Source: Candidatus Eiseniibacteriota bacterium (GTDB lineage Bacteria > Eisenbacteria > RBG-16-71-46). Taken from it: a stretch of 64,000 nucleotides of DNA. The notes below the pieces were generated by a model, which had not been told where the DNA came from, did not search any database, and was given only the letters and a program-made list of their open reading frames with translations. A program made the position numbers and the translations under genes. The DNA lies in the NCBI GenBank assembly GCA_044223005.1, contig JBGAML010000012.1, forward strand, positions 88,392-152,391. The letters run 5' to 3'. Positions 36,959-47,949 of this stretch are shown one piece after another (the first letter of the stretch is position 1; each line of letters starts with the position of its first letter).

Positions 36959-37726
36959 TCACGGCTTCTCCGCGCACGTCGCCATGAACGGTGCGATCCG
37001 CTCGCCGAGCGGGTGCCCCGGCCAGCCGTCCTCGTAGAGCGCTCTCAGCCGGAAGCCTGCGTCCAGCTGGCCGCCGAGCTGGTCGTCGAGCGTGTGGCCG
37101 AACTCCAGCGGCTCACCCTTCGCGCGCATCTGCTCGATCCGCGCCGCGTCGCGCGCTTCGAGGTCGGAGTACGGCAGCCGGTGCGTCACGGTGAGATCGC
37201 CCCGCTCGAGAGCATCGCCGTCGAAGAGGAATAGGAACGGCTGGCAGAAGCCCGCAAGCAACCGGCCGCCGGGCTTCAGGACCCGGTAGCACTCGCGCCA
37301 CACGGGGCGCACGTCGGGCACGAACAGGTTCGAGACCGGGTGGAAGACCAGGTCGAACGAGCCCTCGGCGAAGCGCGAGAGGTCGCGCATGTCACCCTCC
37401 TCGATCCGGAGCGCGAGCCCGTCGCGCTCGGCGACCGCGCGGTCCTGCGCGAGCTGCGCGGGCGAGAGATCGAGCAGCGTCACGCGCGCCCCCGCGGCCG
37501 CGAGCACGCACGCCTGCTGGCCGCCGCCGGAGGCGAGCGCGAGCACTTCGGCGCCCTCCAGCGGCCCGAACCAGTCGCGCGGGACGGGCTTCGCGGGTGT
37601 CAGCACCACCTGCCAGCGGCCAAGCCTTGCCTCGGCAACGACTTGCGGACTCACCGGCACGGTCCATGGGTTGCCGGAAGACACCTGCCTCCCCCACGCC
37701 TCGCGATTGAATTCCGTGATGTCCAT
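36959..37726 (-). CDS. Class I SAM-dependent methyltransferase
   Basis: Motifs VLALASGGGQQ (motif I), LDLSPAQL, GDMRDLS, SFDLVFHPVSN and RVLKPGG. GGAGG RBS. Confidence 0.9.
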   Translation of the reverse strand: MDITEFNREAWGRQVSSGNPWTVPVSPQVVAEARLGRWQVVLTPAKPVPRDWFGPLEGAEVLALASGGGQQACVLAAAGARVTLLDLSPAQLAQDRAVAERDGLALRIEEGDMRDLSRFAEGSFDLVFHPVSNLFVPDVRPVWRECYRVLKPGGRLLAGFCQPFLFLFDGDALERGDLTVTHRLPYSDLEARDAARIEQMRAKGEPLEFGHTLDDQLGGQLDAGFRLRALYEDGWPGHPLGERIAPFMATCAEKP

Positions 37727-37775
37727 GGACCCTCCAACGTGTTGTGCGAAAGGCGATTCGCCGAGATGGACAGGA

Positions 37776-37785
37776 TTGTATACAT
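37776..37785. promoter_or_regulatory. Putative GntR-type operator TTGTATACAT in the divergent promoter region
   Basis: AT-rich palindrome TGTATACA in the 113-bp gap between the two arms of the locus. Confidence 0.4.
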
Positions 37786-37839
37786 GGTACTTCTGGCCCA
37801 TACATCTACGGCCGGAGAATCGGCAATACTCCAGCCGCT

Positions 37840-38817
37840 ATGACCTCCAACAATCCGGGAGCGCACACCCCTCCCAAGATGATCGCCATGGGCGGCAACT
37901 CCCTGCTGGACCCCCAGCTCCCGCCCACGGTCGAGAACCAGTTCGCCGTCACCGCACGCGCCGTCGTCCCGATCGCCGCCCTGATCGCCCGCGGGGAGCA
38001 CCTCGTGCTCACCCACGGCAACGGGCCGCAGGTCGGGTTCATGCAGCTGCGCGTGGAGATGACCAAGCCCAAGGTCCACGAAGTCCCGCTGGATTCGCTC
38101 GTCGCCGACTCGCAGGGAGCGATCGGTTACATGATCCAGCGTGACCTGCGCCAGGAACTCGCGGCGCACGGCACCACCGCCGAGGTGGCGACCATCGTGA
38201 CCGAGGTCGAGGTCGACCCCAAGGATCCCGCCTTCCAGAAGCCGACCAAGCCGATCGGCAAGTTCTACAGCATCGAGGAAGCCGACGCCCTCAAGAAGGA
38301 GCGCGGCTGGGACATGGTCGAGGACAGCAACCGCGGCTGGCGGCGCGTCGTGCCGTCGCCGCAGCCCATCTCGATCGTCCAGCTCGACACCATTCGCCGG
38401 CTCGTCACGCAGGGCGTCACGACCATCGCCGTCGGCGGTGGCGGCATCCCGGTCATGAAGGACGAGCAGGGCCGCATCCGCGGGCTCGAGGCCGTGATCG
38501 ACAAGGACCGCGCGAGCGCGCTGCTCGCGGTCGCGCTGGGCGTGAAGCAGCTCTACATCACGACCGGCGTCGACGCGATCTACCGCGACTATCTCGACAA
38601 GGACAAGCGCACGCGGCTCGCCGAGGTCACGCCCTCCGACCTGAAGGCCATGGCCGCGAGCGGGCAGTTCCCGCCCGGCAGCATGGGCCCCAAGGTCGAG
38701 GCGGCGCTCTACTTCCTGGAACGCGGCGGCGAGGAAGCCGTCATCTGTCACCCCGAGGCGCTGCTCGAGGCATTCGAGGGCCGCGCCGGCACCCGCATCC
38801 GTAAGGAAACGAAATGA
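37840..38817 (+). CDS. arcC: Carbamate kinase
   Basis: Motifs AMGGNSL, THGNGPQVG, DPAFQKPTKPIG, RRVVPSP, GGGGIPV, EAVIDKD and GSMGPKVEAA. Confidence 0.95.
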   Translation: MTSNNPGAHTPPKMIAMGGNSLLDPQLPPTVENQFAVTARAVVPIAALIARGEHLVLTHGNGPQVGFMQLRVEMTKPKVHEVPLDSLVADSQGAIGYMIQRDLRQELAAHGTTAEVATIVTEVEVDPKDPAFQKPTKPIGKFYSIEEADALKKERGWDMVEDSNRGWRRVVPSPQPISIVQLDTIRRLVTQGVTTIAVGGGGIPVMKDEQGRIRGLEAVIDKDRASALLAVALGVKQLYITTGVDAIYRDYLDKDKRTRLAEVTPSDLKAMAASGQFPPGSMGPKVEAALYFLERGGEEAVICHPEALLEAFEGRAGTRIRKETK

Positions 38818-39953
38818 AGACGCTCGCCCTTCCCGAACTCGACCGCAACGTGCTCCAGGGCCTCTTCGGCCGCAGCCTGCTGCTGACCAGCGAATGGTCG
38901 ACGGCCGAGATCGACGCCCTGCTCGCCGTCGCCTCGCGCTTCGAGGCGGCGGATCGCGCGGGCCGCTCGGCGGCGATGCTCCCGAACGAGCTGGCCTACG
39001 CGATGTTCTTCGACAACTCCACGCGCACCAAGTCGGCGTGGGCCGGCGCCGCTTCAAGGCTCGGCATGCGCCCCGTGATCGTGGACGGCTCCTCGACGCA
39101 GGTCGAGCACGGCGAGACCGCCGAAGAGACCGGCGCGATGCTGGGCATGAACTCGCACGCGATGGGCGTGCGGCACGACCTGATCCTGGGCGCGGGCAAC
39201 ACGTTCATGCGCTCGGTGAAGAAGGGCATCGACGACTACCTCGCCGCGACGGGCGACACGCGGAAGGTGCCGGTCGTGAACCTGCAGTGCGACATCGACC
39301 ACCCGACGCAGACGCTGGCCGACCTCATGTGGCTGCGCGAGAAGTTCCCGGGCGGCTTGAAGGGCCGCAAGATCGCGATGACGTGGGCGTACTCGCCCAG
39401 CTACGCCAAGCCGCTCTCGGTGCCGCAGGGCATCGCGATGCTCATGACCCGCGAGGGCGCCGAAGTCTCGCTGGCGTACCCGGAAGGCTACCGGCTGATG
39501 GACGACACGATGGCCGTGGCCGAGAAGCACGCCAAGGCGTCGGGCGGCAAGTTCACGATCACGCACTCGATGGACGAGGCGTTCCAGGACGCCGACGCGG
39601 TCTACCCGAAGAGCTGGGGCCCCTACGACCTCATGCTCGAGCGCGTGGACGCCAACGCCAAGCGCGACAAGGACCGCATGAAGGAGATCGAGGGCCGCGC
39701 GCTGCAGCGCAACGCGTCGCACAAGGACTGGATCTGCGACGAGCGCCGCATGGGCCTCACGCGCGGCGGCGAAGCGCTCTACATGCACTGCCTGCCCGCG
39801 GACATCGGTGACGAAGTGACGCCGGGCGTCATGGACAAGTACCGCGTCGACGTGGCGCGCGAGGCCAACAAGAAGATGTACGTGGTCATGGCGATGATCG
39901 CGATCGGCAAGGTGCCGGACCTCGCCAAGCGCCTCGACGAGGTGCTGCGATGA
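38814..39953 (+). CDS. ygeW: Knotted carbamoyltransferase YgeW
   Basis: Motifs DNSTRT, NLQCDIDHPTQ, TWAYSPSYAKPLSVPQG, YPKSW and MHCLPADI. Confidence 0.9.
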   Translation: MKTLALPELDRNVLQGLFGRSLLLTSEWSTAEIDALLAVASRFEAADRAGRSAAMLPNELAYAMFFDNSTRTKSAWAGAASRLGMRPVIVDGSSTQVEHGETAEETGAMLGMNSHAMGVRHDLILGAGNTFMRSVKKGIDDYLAATGDTRKVPVVNLQCDIDHPTQTLADLMWLREKFPGGLKGRKIAMTWAYSPSYAKPLSVPQGIAMLMTREGAEVSLAYPEGYRLMDDTMAVAEKHAKASGGKFTITHSMDEAFQDADAVYPKSWGPYDLMLERVDANAKRDKDRMKEIEGRALQRNASHKDWICDERRMGLTRGGEALYMHCLPADIGDEVTPGVMDKYRVDVAREANKKMYVVMAMIAIGKVPDLAKRLDEVLR

Positions 39954-41503
39954 GCGCCCCCGCCACCACCGCGCTCGATGCGAAGATCGCCGCGCTGGCG
40001 AAGCGCGACCTGCCGCTGGCGGTCGAGATCCTGAAGGAAGCGATCCGCATCCCGGCCGACTTCGTGGACAAGCCCGCCGACCAGGGCGGCGATCCCTCGT
40101 GCGGCCTCTCCAACCACGAAGGGCCTCGCCTGCAGTACCTGAAGGCGAAGATGGTCGAGATCAAGGGCGTCGCGAGCGCGGACGACATCGGCTTCGACGC
40201 GTTCGGCAACCTCGAGTGGACGCTCGAGGACCCGAACGACGGCATCCCGCGCGCGAAGAAGCGCATCCTGTACCTCGACGGCCACTGCGACACCGTCCGC
40301 GCGCTGCGTTCGACGTGGCACGAGAAGACGGGCGGGCTCGACCCCTATCACGGCATGGTCGACGCCTCGAAGGTCGACCGCGCCTACCTGCGCACCGAGC
40401 TCGGCTACCTGCCGCCGGACGAGGAGTGGAACCACGTGGTGTTCGGCCGCGGCTCGGCCGACCAGCTGGGAGGCGTCGTCTCGCAGATGATCGCCTCGCG
40501 CATCCTCGTCGAGTTGATGGGCGAAGGCGCGCTGCGCGGTGTCATCCTGCGCGGCTACGTCACGGTCGCCGAGGAGGACAACGACGGCGGCGGCCCGCTC
40601 TACATCACGCGCAAGCTCCTGCCCGGCGCACCGCCGGACATGATCCCCGACGTGGTGATCCTCACGGACTCGAGCGGCGACTCCAAGAAGGGCGCGCTCG
40701 GCATCTACCGTGGCCAGCGCGGCCGCATGCAGATCGAGGTCGTCGTCACCGGCAAGTCCTGCCACGGCTCGATGCCGTGGGAGGGCAAGAACCCGCTCGA
40801 GTACGCGGGCGCCATCCTCACCGAGGCGGCGCGCAAGTACGAGAAGGGAGAGGGCTTCCTCGACCATCCGTTCCTCGGCCGCGGCACCCGGACGGCGAGC
40901 TGGGCGAACCTCGAGACGCCGAGCGACTGCGCGGTGCCGGATCGCTTCACGTTCCGCTTCGACCGGCGCCTCACCGTGGGCGAAACGCCGGCGCAGGCGG
41001 TGAAGGACGTCGAGAACCTCGACGCCGTGAAGGTCGCGCGCGACGCGGGCCTCAAGGTCGAGGTGCGCGTGCCGACGTACGACCAGCCGACGTGGCGCGG
41101 CTACGTTCCGGGCAACCCGCAGATCTACATGGGCTGGATGACGCCCGAGGACCACTGGGCCATCCAGACCGCCGTGGCGGCCTACCGCGCGTCGGTCACT
41201 CCCTACGTCGAGGAGAAGCACGAGAAGGACGGTTCGCTGCGGCGCGAGCCGCGCGTGGACCGCTGGGTGTTCTCGACCGATGGCGTGGGCTGGCCGGTGC
41301 CCGTGAAGGACAACGGCATCGCCGTGCCGGCGCAGAAGGAATGGGTGGTCGCGGGCGAGTTCACGCACCCGGCCATGTTCGGGTTCGGCACCGGGCTCGA
41401 GCAGAACACGCACAAGATCGGCGAGGGACTCGACACGCGCGAGCTGCAGCACGCGTGCGCGTTCATCGCCCGCTACGCGGGGCTCCTCGGAGCGACCGTC
41501 TAG
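39950..41503 (+). CDS. ygeY: YgeY-family M20 metallohydrolase (long form)
   Basis: Motifs DGHCDTV, GRGSADQLGG, VAEEDNDG, IYRGQRGRMQIEV, SCHGS.P, DRRLTVGET and W.FSTDGV. Confidence 0.82.
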   Translation: MSAPATTALDAKIAALAKRDLPLAVEILKEAIRIPADFVDKPADQGGDPSCGLSNHEGPRLQYLKAKMVEIKGVASADDIGFDAFGNLEWTLEDPNDGIPRAKKRILYLDGHCDTVRALRSTWHEKTGGLDPYHGMVDASKVDRAYLRTELGYLPPDEEWNHVVFGRGSADQLGGVVSQMIASRILVELMGEGALRGVILRGYVTVAEEDNDGGGPLYITRKLLPGAPPDMIPDVVILTDSSGDSKKGALGIYRGQRGRMQIEVVVTGKSCHGSMPWEGKNPLEYAGAILTEAARKYEKGEGFLDHPFLGRGTRTASWANLETPSDCAVPDRFTFRFDRRLTVGETPAQAVKDVENLDAVKVARDAGLKVEVRVPTYDQPTWRGYVPGNPQIYMGWMTPEDHWAIQTAVAAYRASVTPYVEEKHEKDGSLRREPRVDRWVFSTDGVGWPVPVKDNGIAVPAQKEWVVAGEFTHPAMFGFGTGLEQNTHKIGEGLDTRELQHACAFIARYAGLLGATV

Positions 41504-41630
41504 CGTCGATACGAAACGGGCGCGGCGCATGCCGCGCCCCAGCAGTGAACGGGAGCGGCCTCCGGAGCTCGCCTCCGGGGGCCGCGACCGGCTCCGGGTT
41601 TCCATCCCCGGGAGAGGCGGAGCGCGTCGC

Positions 41631-44257
<2,627 letters not shown>

Positions 44258-44261
<4 letters not shown>

Positions 44262-45358
44262 CCCGCACCGGGTTCGTCAATGCCCATACGCACCTCTACA
44301 GCGCGCTCGCGCCGCTCGGCATGCCGTCGCCGTCGCGGCCGCCCGCGAACTTCGTCGAGATCCTCGAAGCGGTCTGGTGGCGGCTCGACCGCGGCCTGGA
44401 CGCGCGCACGCTGCGCGCCGCCGCGCGGCTCTACGTGGGCGAAGCGCTGCAGCTCGGCACCACCGCGCTGATCGACCATCACGAGTCGCCGGCGTTCGTC
44501 GAGGGCTCGCTCGACGTGCTCGCCGACGCCTGCGACGAGCTCGGCATGCGTGCCGTGCTCACCTACGGCGCCACCGAGCGCAACGGCGGCCGCGACGAGG
44601 CCCGCCGCGGGCTCGCCGAGTGCCGGCGCTTCGTGCACACCAACCGCCGCGAGCACGTCCGCGGCGTGGTCGGCCTGCACGCCTCGTTCACCGTGTCCGA
44701 CGACACGGTGCGCGAGGCCGGCGAGCTCTGCCACGAGCTGGGCACCGTGATGCACGTGCACATGGCCGAGGACGGCGCCGACGTCGAGGACGCGAAGCGC
44801 CGCGGGTACGCGGGGCCGCTGCAGCGCCTGCTCGCGCTGGGCGCGCTGCCGAAGGGCTCGATTCTCGCGCACGGCGTGTGGCTCACCGCCGACGACGTGA
44901 AGCTCGCCGCGGCGAACGGCCTCTGGCTCGTGCAGAACCCGCGCTCGAACGAGAACAACCGCGTCGGCTATCCGCGGTCGCTGGTCGAGAGCTCGCGCGT
45001 GGCGCTGGGCACCGACGGCTTCCCCGCCGACATGCGCGAGGAGCTGGTGCACCTCTGGCGGATCGCCCGCGCCGAGCAGGACCCCGCCGGGGACGCCGCG
45101 CTGGACGCGCGCATGGAGAGCTCGCGCGCGCTGCTCGCCGAACGCTTCGCCGGCGTCTCGCTCGACGCCGACACCGTCACGCTGGGCGAAGCCTCGCCCG
45201 GACATCGCCCGCCCGTGCGCGACGTCGTCGTCGCGGGCCGCACCGTCGTGGAGGACGGCGTGCTCGTCACCGCCGACCTCGAAACCCTGCGCGCCGAGGC
45301 GCGCGACGCCGCGCCCGAGCTGTGGGCGCGCATGGAGAGCTTCCGATGGCCGAACTGA
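44258..45358 (+). CDS. ssnA: SsnA-like amidohydrolase
   Basis: Motifs NAHTHLYSAL, FVEILEAVWWRLD, GTTALIDHH, GLHASFT, HVHMAE, NPRSNENN and LGTDG. ATGA overlap with xdh. Confidence 0.82.
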
Positions 45359-47040
45359 TCCCCCAGCCGCTCGACCGGCTGCTCGCGCGCGTGCTCGACG
45401 AGTTCGAGCGCGACCGTGCCATCTTCGGCCTGCCGAAGCGCTCGTTCTGGAAGGCGCGCGAGGGACTCGACCTGTCGGTCGCGCTGCCCGGCGGCCGCGC
45501 GGCGACGCCGCTCGGCCCCGCCGCGGGCCCGCACACGCAGCTCGCGCCCAACCTCGTGGTCGCATGGCTCGCGGGGGCGCGCATCCTCGAGCTCAAGACG
45601 GTCCAGGTGATGGACCAGCTCGAGATCCCGCGCCCGTGCATCGACGCGCCCGGCGAGGGCTACAACGTCGAATGGTCGCAGGAGCTCAAGCTCGAGGACT
45701 CGGCGCTCCAGTACGCGATCGCGTGGCTGCTCGTGCACGTGCTCGCCGCGCGCGGCATCGCGGGCGAACCCACGGGCCCGGGCGTCATCTTCGACGGCTC
45801 GGTGGGCTACGACCTCAAGGGCATTCGCTCCGACGCCGTGGCGCGATTCCTCGATTCGCTCCACGACGCGGGCCCGCTGCTGGACGGGCTGCGCCGCGGC
45901 CTGCCGCCGGCACTGCGCGCGATCGCCGACGTGCCGGTACCGGAGCGGATCGTGGACACGGTGACGCTGTCGTCGTTCCACGGCTGCCCGCCGGACGAGA
46001 TCGAGCGCATCGCCGAACACCTGATCCAGCGCCACGGCCTGCACGTGGTGGTGAAGCTGAACCCGACGCTGCTCGGGCACGACGCCGTGGACGCGCTGCT
46101 GCACGGGCCGCTCGGCTGGAACGACGTCCGACTCGACCGCGCCGCGTTCGAGAAGGATCTGCAGTGGGCCGACGCGCTGCCGATGCTCGACCGGCTCGCC
46201 GGTGTCGCCGCGCGCGAGGGCCGCGGGCTGGGGGTCAAGTTCACGAACACGCTGGTCGTGCGCAACACGCGCGGACGGCTCGAGGGCGAGCAGGTCTACC
46301 TGAGCGGAGCGCCGCTGCACGTGATCGCGACCGCGCTCGCGAGCCGCTTCGCCGAGGCGACCGCCGGGCGCTACCCGCTCTCGTTCAGCGCCGGGCTCGA
46401 CGCCGAGAACTTCGCCGACGCGGTCGCGTGCGGCTTCGCTCCGGCGACGACCTGCACCGACCTGCTGCGGCCCACCGGCTACCGCCGCCTGCCGCGGTAT
46501 CTCAAGGCGCTCGAGGCCGAGATGGAGCGCACGGGCACGCATGACGTGCCCGGCTACGTGCGCGCCCGCGCCGGGCTCGCCGCCGACGCCCCGCTCGCGG
46601 ACGCGACGCGCGCCAACCTGCGCGCGCACGCCGCGCGCGCCGCCGCCGACCCGCGCTACGGCGCGGCGGCGCGGCCCGCGGCACCCGCGGCGCGCCCCGC
46701 GCTGCCGGTGCTGGACTGCGATTCGTGCAACAACTGCGCGCTCGTCTGCCCCAACCTCGCGTTCTTCAGCGTCGCGACGCCCGCGTCGCTCGCGGAGCGC
46801 GGGGTCGCGCAGCTCGAGAAGCAGTGGATCGTGTTCGCCGACGCCTGCAACGAGTGCGGCAACTGCGACACGCACTGCCCGCAGGACGGTGGCCCGTACC
46901 GGGTGAAACCGCGCTGGAACGGCGCGACCGGACGGTTGGAAGCTTCCGGTGTCGACGACGCGACGCTCGCGGCTCTCGCGGACGCGGCGCGGCGCGCACC
47001 GGGCTGGTTGTCGGAGACGAAGGAGGCCACGCCCCGCTGA
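45346..47040 (+). CDS. ygfK: Short YgfK-like protein: FMN-barrel domain plus two 4Fe-4S motifs, lacking the central NAD(P)/FAD domain
   Basis: Motifs GPAAGPHTQL, ELKTVQ, RPCID, YNVEWSQEL, HGCPPDEIE, KLNPTLLG, CDSCNNC..VCPN and CNECGNC..HCP. 564 aa. Confidence 0.8.
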   Translation: MAELIPQPLDRLLARVLDEFERDRAIFGLPKRSFWKAREGLDLSVALPGGRAATPLGPAAGPHTQLAPNLVVAWLAGARILELKTVQVMDQLEIPRPCIDAPGEGYNVEWSQELKLEDSALQYAIAWLLVHVLAARGIAGEPTGPGVIFDGSVGYDLKGIRSDAVARFLDSLHDAGPLLDGLRRGLPPALRAIADVPVPERIVDTVTLSSFHGCPPDEIERIAEHLIQRHGLHVVVKLNPTLLGHDAVDALLHGPLGWNDVRLDRAAFEKDLQWADALPMLDRLAGVAAREGRGLGVKFTNTLVVRNTRGRLEGEQVYLSGAPLHVIATALASRFAEATAGRYPLSFSAGLDAENFADAVACGFAPATTCTDLLRPTGYRRLPRYLKALEAEMERTGTHDVPGYVRARAGLAADAPLADATRANLRAHAARAAADPRYGAAARPAAPAARPALPVLDCDSCNNCALVCPNLAFFSVATPASLAERGVAQLEKQWIVFADACNECGNCDTHCPQDGGPYRVKPRWNGATGRLEASGVDDATLAALADAARRAPGWLSETKEATPR

Positions 47041-47127
47041 GCGCGGGACGCGGCGAACGAAACGAACGGTGACGCGGACCGCCCGCATGGGCGGCCGCGG
47101 CGCCCGTCCATACGGAAGAGGTTCGCC

Positions 47128-47949
47128 ATGATCGAGCAATTCCACCGCCCGCGCTCCGTGCGCGAAGCGCTGGCCCTGCGCCGCCGGCTGCGCGCGAAGG
47201 CCGCGTTCCTCGCCGGCGGCACCTGGGCCAACAACCTCGAAGGCCCGCCGGCGCCGCCGCACGCGATCAGCCTCGAAGGCCTGGGGCTGGACCGCGTGCA
47301 GGTCCGCGCGGGCGCGCTCGCGATCGGCGCCTGCGCCACGCTGCAGCAGCTCGCCGACGACCGCCGCGTGCCCGCGCCCCTGCGCGCGGCGATCGCGCAG
47401 GTCGTGAGCCGCAACATCCGCAACGCCGCCACGATCGGCGGACACGTCGCCGCGGACCTGCCGCAGAGCGACGTCGTGCCCATGCTGGTGGCGCTGGGCG
47501 CCAGCTTCGAAGTCGCCGGCGTCGGGCGTGCGAAGCTCGTGCCGGCCGCCGAGTACGCCGCGAAGCCCGTGCCGGGCCTCGTGGTGTCGATCCGCGTGCC
47601 GAAGCTCGCGGCCGGCCGCACGGCGGCCTGCCGCAACGTGCGCGAGTCCGCGCACGCGCGCTCGTCGCTGAGTGTCGCGCTGGCCGTGACCGTGAAGCGC
47701 GGCACGCTCTCCGATGCCGTGATCGCGTGCTCGGGCCTCGCCCGCCGCGTGGTGCGACTGGCGGCCGTGGAGCGCGCGCTCGAGGGCGCGCCGGTGCCCG
47801 CCGACGACGCGCTCTCGGCGCTCGTCGAGCGCACGGTGAAGCCCGCGCCGGGCGGCATCGGTTCGGTGGCGCTGCGGCGCGCGCAGGCGGGCGCGCTGGT
47901 GGTCCTGGCGCTGCGCGAAGCGCTCGCCGCGAAGGGAGGCCGCTCGTGA
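47128..47949 (+). CDS. ygfM: Molybdoenzyme FAD-binding subunit (YgfM/XdhB-like)
   Basis: Motifs MIEQFHRP.S..EAL, FLAGGT, IGACATLQQL and IRNAATIGG. Confidence 0.8.
   Translation: MIEQFHRPRSVREALALRRRLRAKAAFLAGGTWANNLEGPPAPPHAISLEGLGLDRVQVRAGALAIGACATLQQLADDRRVPAPLRAAIAQVVSRNIRNAATIGGHVAADLPQSDVVPMLVALGASFEVAGVGRAKLVPAAEYAAKPVPGLVVSIRVPKLAAGRTAACRNVRESAHARSSLSVALAVTVKRGTLSDAVIACSGLARRVVRLAAVERALEGAPVPADDALSALVERTVKPAPGGIGSVALRRAQAGALVVLALREALAAKGGRS

Larger units (their letters stand above)
35239..37176. repeat. 212-bp direct repeat (35239-35450 and 36965-37176)
   Basis: Manual alignment gives about 7 mismatches and no gaps. Confidence 0.9.

Noticed and set aside
35233..37176. 212-bp near-identical repeat as a DGR template/variable repeat pair
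   Set aside because: The mismatches are few and not adenine-specific, and there is no reverse transcriptase.
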